From the NCBI GenBank assembly GCA_964004705.1, contig CAXFOQ010000003.1, positions 1 to 57,737 of the forward strand: a stretch of DNA of 57,737 bases, written 5' to 3'. The first letter of the stretch is position 1, and every line of letters begins with the position of its first letter. The position numbers and the translations under genes are program-made. The notes beneath the pieces are model-generated. The model ran no database searches. It worked only from the letters and a program-made list of their open reading frames with translations, and was not told the origin of the DNA. Below, in pieces: positions 27,644-36,345 of the stretch. The stretch is from an uncultured Flavobacteriales bacterium. Its GTDB lineage: Bacteria; Bacteroidota; Bacteroidia; Flavobacteriales; UBA7312.

Positions 27644-27660
27644 CATACCTAAAAATAAAA

Positions 27661-27683
27661 AAGGGGGCTTTATGCCCCTTTTT
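27661..27683 (+). terminator. Intrinsic terminator
   Basis: AAGGGGGC-tttat-GCCCCTT followed by a T-run. Confidence 0.65.
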
Positions 27684-27685
27684 AC

Positions 27686-27714
27686 TTGCTTTTTAGTGCA
27701 TTTGGCACTACATT
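27686..27714 (+). promoter_or_regulatory. Weaker promoter copy with palindromic operator
   Basis: TTGCTT-ttTAGTGCATTTGGCAC-TACATT. The -10 ends only 6 nt before the tracked ATG, so the transcript is leaderless or uses the internal Met. Confidence 0.5.
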
Positions 27715-27720
27715 GCATTT

Positions 27721-27984
27721 ATGAAAAGAATAGGTGATGAAATGGATTTAAACCCAAAAGAATTTAAGAAAAGTATTGAAAATGTTTTTGGCTGGGGTTC
27801 ACAACGTAAATTTAGCAAGTTGTTAGGAAGAAACGAATCTACAGTTAGAAGATGGATAGCCGGTAGCCGTGCTATACCACCGGAAATGCCTTTGATACTA
27901 GCGCTATTAAATGAAAGAAGACAATTAGGTTTAAATGGCAGTATTGATATTAAAAGACATTTAGAGTTGATTTTAGAAAAATAA
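27721..27984 (+). CDS. Cro/CI-type HTH regulator candidate
   Basis: QRKFSKLLGRNESTVRRWIAGSRAIP is HTH-like. Has its own operator-bearing promoter and a terminator. Confidence 0.5.
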   Translation: MKRIGDEMDLNPKEFKKSIENVFGWGSQRKFSKLLGRNESTVRRWIAGSRAIPPEMPLILALLNERRQLGLNGSIDIKRHLELILEK

Positions 27985-28049
27985 TATGATATAAATAATT
28001 ATACCAAAGTAATTTTTTTTAAAAAATTTTACTTCTTTTTCATGAGGAA

Positions 28050-28077
28050 AGGGGCTATGTCAGTAGCCCCTTTTTTT
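28050..28077 (+). terminator. Intrinsic terminator
   Basis: AGGGGCTA-tgtcag-TAGCCCCT followed by TTTTTT. Confidence 0.7.
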
Positions 28078-28573
28078 ATTTAATACCCATAAAAATAGCA
28101 TAATCATCAAGCGCTTCTCTTAAACGCTCCATAACATATTTTTCATTTTTAGATATTTTTATGCTTACATCTTTAACGGTATGTTCATAACAACAAACAT
28201 CTAAAGCAATTTTAGAACCTATTCTGCCAAGTGTTTGAATTACTTCCTTTAATTTTTTTCTAGCGTGTATTTGTGAACTTGTAAGATCATCTTTTGTTGA
28301 GCCATAATTTTTATTTCTTGAATAATCTACAGCTTTAAGTTTTTGTATATTTGCTATTTGAAAAAATTTATATATTTCGTTACCAGCTTGATATTGGCTA
28401 TCATCAATACTTTTTCTTTTATATAAATAATCAAGTGGTGTTTGGTTTGTAACCCTGTATAATCTTCGTTTGCTTCTTGCATTAGATATTTCATATTCAT
28501 GGTGTTGGCTTTGCCATTTATTAGGTGTAATAATTGGTTCTTGGGTTGTTTTCTGTTTCTTCTTCTTTGACAT
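28076..28573 (-). CDS. Hypothetical protein
   Basis: 165-aa ORF overlapping the primase-helicase 3' end by 53 nt. Basic N-terminus. Confidence 0.5.
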   Translation of the reverse strand: MSKKKKQKTTQEPIITPNKWQSQHHEYEISNARSKRRLYRVTNQTPLDYLYKRKSIDDSQYQAGNEIYKFFQIANIQKLKAVDYSRNKNYGSTKDDLTSSQIHARKKLKEVIQTLGRIGSKIALDVCCYEHTVKDVSIKISKNEKYVMERLREALDDYAIFMGIK

Positions 28574-30347
28574 TGGCTAACCCTTTATATCTGCCACTCC
28601 ATCTATCCCAAGTAAAATAAGCAACATTTCCAGCCATTCCACACTCTTTCCATCTAACCTTTAGTACATGAAGTTCAACTGGCTGGCTAGGATTATTTCT
28701 ATCTCTACTTAAACACCAACCCAAATCTGCTTTATTAGCCCAATGTGCAGATGATGCAATATCGTATAATGCTGGTATTGGAACTTTACCATCTATACTG
28801 TTCATTTTTCGTGGGTGCGCAACAATCCAAACATGACATTCATAAGTTTGTGCAAATCTTTTAATTTTACTTAAAACCATGCTTATAAATTCTGTTTCCA
28901 TCATATTAGTTGGTCTTGTACTTTCTATTTCGTTGTAAGGGTCTATAACAAAACCTTTAATGCCAAACCTTCTTACCAAAACTTTTGCTTTATCAATTAT
29001 CCAATCAATGTTTGGTGGTCTTTCATCTGGATTATCAGCCCTAACAAAATGTATTTTATCATTTAAATATTCTAAACCTTTATTTAATTCTATTTTGCTA
29101 ATTTTATTTAAATTAACACTTCCACCAAAAAAAGGTGCGCCAATATGTTTTTCAAGCAGTTTAGCAATGTGATATTTAGGTGGGTTTTCAAAACTACACA
29201 TTCCAAATTTCCAACCATGTAACCTTGCCATATTGAGAATTATTGCATCAACCATTTCAGATTTACCACTATTTGGAATACCAGTAACAACACTAATATC
29301 GCCTAGCTTTACTTTCATATACTCGTCTAAATTTGCAAAACCGGTACTAAACGGTGGTTCAACTTCACCATTATATAATTTAAAAACTTCATCTGCATAA
29401 TCATTAACAGAATGAACATCAAAAATTGGAAATGGTTCTGCGCTTTCAACAGAATTAAATAGAACTTCTTTGCCTAAATTAATTAATACTTCGTTTGCAT
29501 CTTTATAAAAACTGCCATTTTCTTTTGCTGGAAATGTAACCCTAAAACATTTTTCACGTCCTAAACGTCTGCTTAATTCTTGCATGGTTGCTTTACCCAC
29601 TTCGTCATAATCACAAGCCAAAACAAATTTTTCACATTTACTTAACAAATCATCACTGTGTAAAAGAAAATTAAATTTATCTGCATCTTTTTCTAAATTA
29701 CCAACACTTTTTAAACTTATGCCACCACTAGGTATTGAAAGCACATTTCTAAACCCAGCTTCCCACATAGAAAGAGCATCAACTTCCCCCTCAACAATAT
29801 ATAAAACATCTTGTTTCTCTGTTTTTTCAAGCATATGCAAACCATAAAATATTTGTTCGCAGTTCGCTTCTTGGTAAAATAATTTTTTATCTGTGTTTCT
29901 ATATTTTACATTTATTAAATTATTATTTGTATCTTTATATCTAAATGCAATGTTTACTGAATTATTTTTACCTATTTTATAACCAACATTCCATTCCTGT
30001 AATGTTGTTTCACTTATTTTTCTATCATTGAAAAATTTTTTTAATAATGCATTACCATCAATATTTTTAATATTATCTTTTGGTTTGCTATATATTTTTT
30101 TAACTTTATTTAAACTTCTATAATCACGCCAACTTTCATCAGTGTTGTAACGACCAGTAAACCCACATTTATTTTGCCGGTTACAATACCATATAACGCC
30201 ATTGTTTTCTACGGTGACAGATAATGTTTTACCCTCATAACCTTGTTCACCCTTGCCTTTACATTTGGGGCAAATTACTTTTTGGCTTCCTACAGAATAA
30301 CCATTTAATTTTATACCAGTTTCATTTTCAAACTTTACATTATCCAT
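28521..30347 (-). CDS. Bifunctional DNA primase/helicase (T7 gp4-like)
   Basis: N-terminal Zn-finger CPKCKGKG...C, Toprim LYIVEGEVDALSMWEAG, and P-loop VTGIPNSGKSE with a RecA-like C-terminal domain. Confidence 0.85.
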   Translation of the reverse strand: MDNVKFENETGIKLNGYSVGSQKVICPKCKGKGEQGYEGKTLSVTVENNGVIWYCNRQNKCGFTGRYNTDESWRDYRSLNKVKKIYSKPKDNIKNIDGNALLKKFFNDRKISETTLQEWNVGYKIGKNNSVNIAFRYKDTNNNLINVKYRNTDKKLFYQEANCEQIFYGLHMLEKTEKQDVLYIVEGEVDALSMWEAGFRNVLSIPSGGISLKSVGNLEKDADKFNFLLHSDDLLSKCEKFVLACDYDEVGKATMQELSRRLGREKCFRVTFPAKENGSFYKDANEVLINLGKEVLFNSVESAEPFPIFDVHSVNDYADEVFKLYNGEVEPPFSTGFANLDEYMKVKLGDISVVTGIPNSGKSEMVDAIILNMARLHGWKFGMCSFENPPKYHIAKLLEKHIGAPFFGGSVNLNKISKIELNKGLEYLNDKIHFVRADNPDERPPNIDWIIDKAKVLVRRFGIKGFVIDPYNEIESTRPTNMMETEFISMVLSKIKRFAQTYECHVWIVAHPRKMNSIDGKVPIPALYDIASSAHWANKADLGWCLSRDRNNPSQPVELHVLKVRWKECGMAGNVAYFTWDRWSGRYKGLANVKEEETENNPRTNYYT

Positions 30348-31039
30348 TATATAGCGCTCCTTATGTTTTGTGTTTTTACATTTGACGCTTTATTTGATTT
30401 TTTTATCCATTCTTTAAGTTTGAAAAACGCTTCTTGCCCATAAGGATAATCTTCTTTTAAATTACCATCTAATAATTTTGCAGTATAAAATTCATCACAA
30501 GTTTTTATTTCACTAATTAAAGTTTGACTTGTATGATTTTTATTTTCTTTTAAAAACTGTTTTAATGTAGCTTCATTTATTCTTACTGTATTTCCGTAAA
30601 ATATATATTTTTCTTTCTGGTTATGAGTATGATTATGAGTGGCATTTGTTTCGGTATCCGTTACGCTTGCGTTTTGCATAACCTTTTGCCTTTCTTTATC
30701 CCATCTTGCTTTACTTGCAATTTTGGCTGAATTTATACGTTTTTCTTTATGAACTTGTATTCTTAAAATTTCTTTTTCTAGTCTAGAATTCCACCATTTT
30801 CCGTCTTTAAAGTGAAAGAACTCATGCAAAATATTATGTATTATTTTGTATCTAGAAACCCTAGTTATACGCATTAATTTGCTTTTATCATCTGTTAATG
30901 CGCCATTACGCCAATAGTGCATTAATAGTAGTAAATAAACGCCATGTTCTAAAGTTGAAAGGTGCTGGGTATCAGAAATATAATCGCCTACCCATAGTGG
31001 CATATATGCTTTAAAGTTATTTTCCATTTTATTCTCCAT
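30347..31039 (-). CDS. DUF1376-domain replication-associated protein
   Basis: YMPLWVGDYISDTQHLSTLEHGVYLLLLMHYW matches the DUF1376 N-terminal pattern. Confidence 0.65.
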   Translation of the reverse strand: MENKMENNFKAYMPLWVGDYISDTQHLSTLEHGVYLLLLMHYWRNGALTDDKSKLMRITRVSRYKIIHNILHEFFHFKDGKWWNSRLEKEILRIQVHKEKRINSAKIASKARWDKERQKVMQNASVTDTETNATHNHTHNQKEKYIFYGNTVRINEATLKQFLKENKNHTSQTLISEIKTCDEFYTAKLLDGNLKEDYPYGQEAFFKLKEWIKKSNKASNVKTQNIRSAI

Positions 31040-31067
31040 TGGGTTTAAAGTGTAATAATATATATTT

Positions 31068-31397
31068 TTACGTTTGTAAACTCTCCTCCTTTTGAATTTT
31101 ATTTGCTTTTTCTAATCCAAGCCCTATAGGTGACGCATAAGTGCCATCTTCGTTTTTGCATAAACTATTTAATAAATGATCTATTTCAATATTATTTTGC
31201 AATGCTAAACTAATTAAAACACCAATATCATAGAGCAGTGTGTCCATATCACTTCCACCTTTTCCCCTACCGGTGTAAAAAACTTCTTTTATTTTATTTT
31301 CTGCATCACGACTTATGCTACAATATAGTTTAGAATAATTATTTTTTACTAAAAAAGTTTCTGTTTGTCTTCTATTGTTAAGTTTTTTCCTTTGCAT
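31068..31397 (-). CDS. Stand-alone TSCPD-like domain protein (ribonucleotide-reductase C-terminal-like)
   Basis: EVFYTGRGKGGSDMDTLLYDIGVLISLALQNNIEIDHLLNSL resembles the GKxGG...ISLALxxG block of class II RNR and TSCPD proteins. The TSCPD Cys motif is degenerate (YASPIG). Confidence 0.4.
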   Translation of the reverse strand: MQRKKLNNRRQTETFLVKNNYSKLYCSISRDAENKIKEVFYTGRGKGGSDMDTLLYDIGVLISLALQNNIEIDHLLNSLCKNEDGTYASPIGLGLEKANKIQKEESLQT

Positions 31398-31836
31398 TTA
31401 ATACCTCTATTTTTACAAATGTTTTTGGTTGATTTGAATATTTTTTACACGTTTCTAATTCTACAACTTGTGCATCATCTTTAAAAATTATTCCATTACA
31501 AATATCAAGTAACGCTTTTACATAATTATCTAAATCTGGTCTAGTTTTTGGTAAATATTTTTCATTTTCTATATCAATTTTTTTATATTTTTTTGGTGGT
31601 TTAATATAAAAATGAGCAGTTACTTTTAATGCACCTTCAAATTGTGTAAAGCCAACAGCCTTAACTAACCATAACTTAGCCCTAAATTCATATTGTCTTG
31701 TTTTAGTGTCTGTAAATACATTTATTTTATTATTTCTAATAGCGCTTCTTGGTCTGCCTTTTGGTACTGGATTTTCCCAAATACTAAAAACAATACTATC
31801 TTTTGACTTGTTGATGTCGGATATAATTTGCTTCAT
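31378..31836 (-). CDS. rusA: RusA-family Holliday-junction resolvase
   Basis: PVPKGRPR...DLDNYVKALLDICNGIIFKDDAQVV is the RusA signature. Confidence 0.8.
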   Translation of the reverse strand: MKQIISDINKSKDSIVFSIWENPVPKGRPRSAIRNNKINVFTDTKTRQYEFRAKLWLVKAVGFTQFEGALKVTAHFYIKPPKKYKKIDIENEKYLPKTRPDLDNYVKALLDICNGIIFKDDAQVVELETCKKYSNQPKTFVKIEVLNAKEKT

Positions 31837-31858
31837 TTTGCATAAACTTTCATACCGT

Positions 31859-31870
31859 TGGCACTAAAAT
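31859..31870 (+). promoter_or_regulatory. Operator half-site (TGGCACTA) fused to TAAAAT
   Basis: Only the right arm is conserved and there is no good -35. Confidence 0.25.
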
Positions 31871-31873
31871 AAC

Positions 31874-31902
31874 TTGCATTACTAACATAAAGGTGTTATA
31901 TA
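31874..31902 (+). promoter_or_regulatory. Sigma70-type promoter for the recombination operon
   Basis: TTGCAT, 17-nt spacer, TATATA. Lies 36 nt before the exonuclease ATG. Confidence 0.45.
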
Positions 31903-31937
31903 AGCAATAACTTAAACTAAATAAAAAAGGAAAAAAA

Positions 31938-32948
31938 ATGAAACAAGTTGATAAATACCCAACTATTCAAGCAAAAGTACACAAAAATGTACAGCATGGT
32001 AGCGCAGAGTGGTTGGAGTTAAGAAAAAAATATACAAGTGGCACTGATAGCCCTGTGTTAATGGAAAAAAGCAATTTTAAAAGCCCATTTACTCTTTGGC
32101 ATGAAAAATCTGGTTTGTTAGAAGATGGTTTTAAAGATAACAACCGTATGCTTTGGGGGCGCAGATTAGAAAGCGCTATAAGAGATGGTGTTGCTGAAGA
32201 TATGGGTTATAATTTACTTGAAGATGTTTGGGTAAGTAATAACACATATTACACTTTGGAAGAAAGCAAACTTGGCGCTACACCGGACGCAGTATTGGCT
32301 TACCCATCGAAGTTTGTAAATGACAAACTTGGGAAAGAACAAGAGGGGCATGGTGTTTTTGAAATAAAAAATGTTGATGGATTAATACATAAGCAACAAT
32401 GGACAGAAAATGAACCACCAGTTCAATATATAATACAACTACAACATTATATGTATGTTTTGGGTTATAGCTGGGGCGTTTTAACTGCATTGGTTAATGG
32501 CAATACTACTTACACTTATTGTTATGAATTACATCAGCCAACAGTAAACCTTATAAGAAATAATAGTTTTTTATTTTGGGATTACTTAAACAGTGGTAGG
32601 CAATGCCCATATAGCGCTGACAGCACCACCAGCACCACTAACACACTTAAATCGTTGTATCCTTCTCAAAACGGTGAAACGCTGGACAAAACGCAAGACA
32701 ACAAGTTTACAACATTAGTTACTAATTTTGTTCATGCAAAACAAAATCATAAAGATGCAACTAAAAATTTGGCAGAATGCAAAAATTTATTGCAAGCAGA
32801 AATAGCCGATAATTCTTTAATAGAATGTAATGTATTTGATAACGGTTTAAACAAAAAACACTTAATAAAACAAACAACTTCGGAAGTATCTGAATATACA
32901 GTTAAAGCAAGAACGCAAACCAGTTTTACAGTTAAGGAGATAAAATAA
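31938..32948 (+). CDS. YqaJ-type (lambda Exo-like) recombination exonuclease
   Basis: GSAEWLELRKKYTSGTDSPVLM..., ATPDAV..., GVFEIKNV are YqaJ / PD-(D/E)xK hallmarks. Confidence 0.75.
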   Translation: MKQVDKYPTIQAKVHKNVQHGSAEWLELRKKYTSGTDSPVLMEKSNFKSPFTLWHEKSGLLEDGFKDNNRMLWGRRLESAIRDGVAEDMGYNLLEDVWVSNNTYYTLEESKLGATPDAVLAYPSKFVNDKLGKEQEGHGVFEIKNVDGLIHKQQWTENEPPVQYIIQLQHYMYVLGYSWGVLTALVNGNTTYTYCYELHQPTVNLIRNNSFLFWDYLNSGRQCPYSADSTTSTTNTLKSLYPSQNGETLDKTQDNKFTTLVTNFVHAKQNHKDATKNLAECKNLLQAEIADNSLIECNVFDNGLNKKHLIKQTTSEVSEYTVKARTQTSFTVKEIK

Positions 32949-33715
32949 TGGCAAAACTTAATGCACCAAAAATAGTAAAAGAACTTTTAAACGAATTAAA
33001 TATTTATGACCAAACCCATATTTGGCAACATAAGCAATCTAAACAATATATTATTAAACACATGGCTTTAGAAAAAATTGCTACACATAAAAAAATTGTT
33101 TTTGATATGCCACAAATAATAGAGGCAGATAGTAAAAACGAAATAGCAGTTGTTTGTGTAAAAGGCAAAATGGGTAATGTTGAAGAATGGTCAATAGGTG
33201 AAGCCAGCCCAAAAAATAATTTTAACCCTTATTGTTTTGCTATGGCAGAAAAAAGAGCAAAGGATAGGGTGATACTTAAACTTATTGGGTTACATGGTGA
33301 AGTTTATTCCAGCGCTGAAATGATGGAAGAAGAACCTAAAGAGCAACCTAAAGAAGAACCTAAAGATACTAGCAAAAGTAGCAAATTAGATGACCTTGCA
33401 AAAGAAGATAATAAAGTAATTGAATTAATAAAAAGTAAATTACCAAAAGCTATACTTAAAATAGATGGCAAGTTAAGCAAAGATGATGCAAGCAAGTGGA
33501 GCGCATTAGTTAAACAACATATAGCTGATGCCAATAATTTTGTAACGCTTACTGAAATTACTAATGAAGTAAATGAAGTTTGGAATGATAATGATGATGT
33601 GCAAGTTATACAAAACTTGTGTCAAAAGATATTTAGCGATGGCATATTACCAAGAGCGCATGAGTTGCAAGTAAGGCTTGAGTTAGATAAATACAAAAAC
33701 TTACTAAAAAAATAA
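32948..33715 (+). CDS. Putative single-strand annealing protein
   Basis: Sits between the exonuclease and SSB (ATG overlaps the exo stop). CFAMAEKRAKDRVILKLIGL block. Acidic/Lys-rich middle. Confidence 0.5.
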   Translation: MAKLNAPKIVKELLNELNIYDQTHIWQHKQSKQYIIKHMALEKIATHKKIVFDMPQIIEADSKNEIAVVCVKGKMGNVEEWSIGEASPKNNFNPYCFAMAEKRAKDRVILKLIGLHGEVYSSAEMMEEEPKEQPKEEPKDTSKSSKLDDLAKEDNKVIELIKSKLPKAILKIDGKLSKDDASKWSALVKQHIADANNFVTLTEITNEVNEVWNDNDDVQVIQNLCQKIFSDGILPRAHELQVRLELDKYKNLLKK

Positions 33716-33726
33716 GGAGAAAAAAT

Positions 33727-34134
33727 ATGAGTATTTGTACAATAACACTGTTGGGCAATTTAACAAAAGATGCTGAATTGCGTGAAAACGACTATGGTAA
33801 ATTTTTAAATTTTAGCATAGCTAACAATATGGGTTTTGGTGATAATAAAACCACCACCTTTTTTAACTGCACCTACTATTCTAAAGGCGCAGAAAATTTT
33901 AAACAATATTTAACTAAAGGCACTACATTAATGATTACCGGTGAATTTACTACCAATGAATATCGTGCAAAAGATAGTGGTGAATTAAGGATTGGTTTAA
34001 ATATAAAAGTGCAAGGAATTGGCTTTGGCAGTAAAAAAGAAGATAATGATAATTTTGATGAAGTGCCGGCTAAAGACATAAGCGATGAACAACCAGCACA
34101 AGAAGAGGATTTAGACGATGAAATACCATTCTAG
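33727..34134 (+). CDS. ssb: Single-stranded DNA-binding protein
   Basis: OB-fold N-terminus ITLLGNLTKDAELRE...FSIANN and the canonical acidic tip DDEIPF. Confidence 0.85.
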   Translation: MSICTITLLGNLTKDAELRENDYGKFLNFSIANNMGFGDNKTTTFFNCTYYSKGAENFKQYLTKGTTLMITGEFTTNEYRAKDSGELRIGLNIKVQGIGFGSKKEDNDNFDEVPAKDISDEQPAQEEDLDDEIPF

Positions 34135-34333
34135 TGAGGAAGATTTTATTGATGCGCACTATAATGATACATGGCTTACTGTTGAGCAAGTTGCTCAACA
34201 GTTAAGTTGTAGCCAGCGTAAAGTTTATAATATGATAGAAAACAAAGATATTTTAAGCAAAAAGTTTGGTGGCGCTAGGCGCATAAGCAAAATAAGTTTA
34301 AACAAATATATTTATGAAAGCCCAAGTAATTAG
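34118..34333 (+). CDS. Excisionase/MerR-type HTH protein
   Basis: WLTVEQVAQQLSCSQRKVYNMIENKDI...GGARRI. Confidence 0.55.
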   Translation: MKYHSSEEDFIDAHYNDTWLTVEQVAQQLSCSQRKVYNMIENKDILSKKFGGARRISKISLNKYIYESPSN

Positions 34334-34341
34334 AGGAAAAA

Positions 34342-34632
34342 ATGAAACTAAACCCAATAATATTTATTGCATTACTTTTAATAAGTTGTGCAAAACCTAA
34401 TAATGAGATTGTGCAATGGTCACCTATTGTAGACCCACGCACAAGTAAGAACCCAGCAGAAATAGTTCGTGATACTGTTGAGTGTGAAAAGTTAATAGAA
34501 AGCGAAAAAGTTAAAATAAAAGACTACAACGATTTTTGGCACGATTACTATAATCTTATGCCCAAAAGCTATAACCCACTTGTGGCGTGTTTAAGGGGGC
34601 GTGGACATAGCGTTATAAACTGGACTAGCTAA
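34342..34632 (+). CDS. Lipoprotein
   Basis: Signal peptide with lipobox: MKLNPIIFIALLLISC. Confidence 0.65.
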   Translation: MKLNPIIFIALLLISCAKPNNEIVQWSPIVDPRTSKNPAEIVRDTVECEKLIESEKVKIKDYNDFWHDYYNLMPKSYNPLVACLRGRGHSVINWTS

Positions 34633-34731
34633 CTTTTTTTTATTTATCACTAACCTTTGAACAACACTGCTACCTTCTCGACAGAGGGTAGTGGCAGACC
34701 TTAAAGGAATAAACAAAAAAAAGAGAGTTAA

Positions 34732-35211
34732 ATGGACAATTCAATAAGTAAAAAATATTATAAATACCATACCAAAGAAATTGATAATTTTATTGCAAGA
34801 TGCACGAAAAAAACAGATGGCGATTATGATTACAAATGCTCTAAAAAATATATTAATACTGCTGAATGGAGCGACTCAAGCAAATTTACACCGGTTGTAA
34901 GCACAATAGTAAAAAACAACCCCTATAATTATAATAAACTAATAAACGAAAAGCTACTACCAGCAGAACTAGAAAAATTAAAAATAAATGCAGAATATGT
35001 AATTTTAGCTAAAAGAAGAGGTTATTTTAAAAACAGCTATTATAGTTATGCAAGAATACAGTGCATTTTATGGGTTAGTTTGGAATATCATCAATTTATG
35101 ATTAATGAATATAATAAAAAATGGAATATTTTTAATGATTTAAATAAGTTTAAAACCGTTGATATGCCTACAAAATTAAAAGAATTGCAAAAAAAATTTA
35201 AAAAAAATTAA
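34732..35211 (+). CDS. Hypothetical protein
   Basis: 159-aa Lys/Tyr/Asn-rich ORF with a GAGAG RBS. Confidence 0.5.
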   Translation: MDNSISKKYYKYHTKEIDNFIARCTKKTDGDYDYKCSKKYINTAEWSDSSKFTPVVSTIVKNNPYNYNKLINEKLLPAELEKLKINAEYVILAKRRGYFKNSYYSYARIQCILWVSLEYHQFMINEYNKKWNIFNDLNKFKTVDMPTKLKELQKKFKKN

Positions 35212-35219
35212 AAAAACAC

Positions 35220-35248
35220 TTGTAATGTAGTGCCAATGGCACTATATT
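35220..35248 (+). promoter_or_regulatory. Promoter with a perfect palindromic operator
   Basis: TTGTAA-tgTAGTGCCAATGGCAC-TATATT. Confidence 0.65.
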
Positions 35249-35290
35249 CTAATTATAAGTTATTAAAAATTAAACCCAACGGAGAAGAAA

Positions 35291-35515
35291 TTGAAAACAT
35301 ATAAATTACCAATATTAGAAATAATACAGCATGAATTAAATGAAATACACAAAGATAAAAAATCTTTTTTGACAATTTGGGCTGATACAAGAGATGACCT
35401 TGAGGGTGTTGGTACAAACTCACAACATATTGAGGAAAACCTTCAAAAGTATGATGACAAAATTAATACTCTTTTAAAGTTAAAATGGAAAATAGAAAAC
35501 ATGGGGGCGCAATAA
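35291..35515 (+). CDS. Hypothetical protein (TTG start)
   Basis: 74-aa ORF with a GGAGA RBS. Confidence 0.5.
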   Translation: MKTYKLPILEIIQHELNEIHKDKKSFLTIWADTRDDLEGVGTNSQHIEENLQKYDDKINTLLKLKWKIENMGAQ

Positions 35516-35817
35516 TGGAAAACTTTACACAAAATTTAAAAAAATACTTAAAGCCAAGAGCAGTTATTAAATTTGAAAAAATTGATGAATTGCAAAAAAA
35601 ACAACAAACTTTAGAAGACCACATTTTTAAAGTTTTAGATTTAAAAGATTTAATTAAAGATAAATCTTGGGCTAAAGAATGTGATAATAAAATTGCAAAA
35701 TTATCAAAAGAAATTGTTGATATTGAATTTATATTAACAATGATTGATAACGGTAAATTGCTAGTAAGACAATATATTGGTAATTCAAAAGAAGTAGAAT
35801 ACACGGAGACTAAATAA
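35515..35817 (+). CDS. Hypothetical coiled-coil protein
   Basis: Start set at MENFTQ, overlapping the upstream stop (TAATG). Confidence 0.5.
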   Translation: MENFTQNLKKYLKPRAVIKFEKIDELQKKQQTLEDHIFKVLDLKDLIKDKSWAKECDNKIAKLSKEIVDIEFILTMIDNGKLLVRQYIGNSKEVEYTETK

Positions 35818-36224
35818 TGTTTAAAGCATTTAGAGTAAAATGGCATCCAGAAAAAGCTAAAGAGGGGGGCGCAAAAGCCTCCCTACATTGGTATTATTTA
35901 ACACCGGAATATTGCTACGATGATTATGACAAAAGAAGCCCTTTAGACAGTATTTGTGTAAGGGTAAGTGATAATGCTTTTGAACTTGGCGCACTTGCTA
36001 GGGTGTTAAATGGCTATGCTGAAGATGTTGATATTTATAAATATCATAATTCTGTAGCTAGGCAAATTAAAGCCGGTGTACCAAACATTATGTTAAAACA
36101 TAATGGCGTGAGCGCTCCACCATCTGTAATTTACAAATATACAAATCAAGTATTTGGAAGACCAGCATTAGAAAATGAATGTTTTGCCGGTGGATTACAT
36201 TATTACAGTGGTTGGGTAATATAA
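35817..36224 (+). CDS. Hypothetical protein
   Basis: 135-aa ORF with a TAATG junction to the previous gene. Confidence 0.55.
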   Translation: MFKAFRVKWHPEKAKEGGAKASLHWYYLTPEYCYDDYDKRSPLDSICVRVSDNAFELGALARVLNGYAEDVDIYKYHNSVARQIKAGVPNIMLKHNGVSAPPSVIYKYTNQVFGRPALENECFAGGLHYYSGWVI

Positions 36225-36265
36225 AAAAAAGCGTGGCTCAAGAAAGGAAATAACAGAGCCACGCT
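36222..36265 (-). terminator. Terminator at the convergence of the late (minus) and early (plus) units
   Basis: AGCGTGGCTC-16 nt-GAGCCACGCT. On the minus strand the stem is followed by TTTTTTTT. Confidence 0.7.
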
Positions 36266-36345
36266 ACAACTTAAACCCAACGAAGTTGGAAAATACTCCG
36301 TTAATTTGCAAAGTAAATTGTTTTTGTTTGTTATACAAGTTTTTT

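Noticed and set aside
27701-27718. TGGCAC...TTGC within the operator/promoter, resembling a sigma54 -24/-12 element.
   Set aside because: Only one copy has a downstream TTGC, and its spacing is one nucleotide short of the consensus. All copies instead have well-spaced -35/-10 hexamers, so a sigma70-type reading is simpler.
34118-34333. Excisionase-like HTH as evidence for an integrated prophage.
   Set aside because: There is no integrase and no att-like direct repeats. The only host-like DNA is on one side and joins mid-gene, so an integration site is not supported.
34633-34731. Possible tRNA or small RNA in the larger intergenic gaps (also 7062-7143, 22711-22832 and 36748-36901).
   Set aside because: Only simple hairpins were found, such as CTACCTTC...GAGGGTAG and GCATAC-GGT-GTATGC. 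No cloverleaf arms or conserved T-loop (GTTCRANNC) could be traced by eye. A tRNAscan run would settle this.
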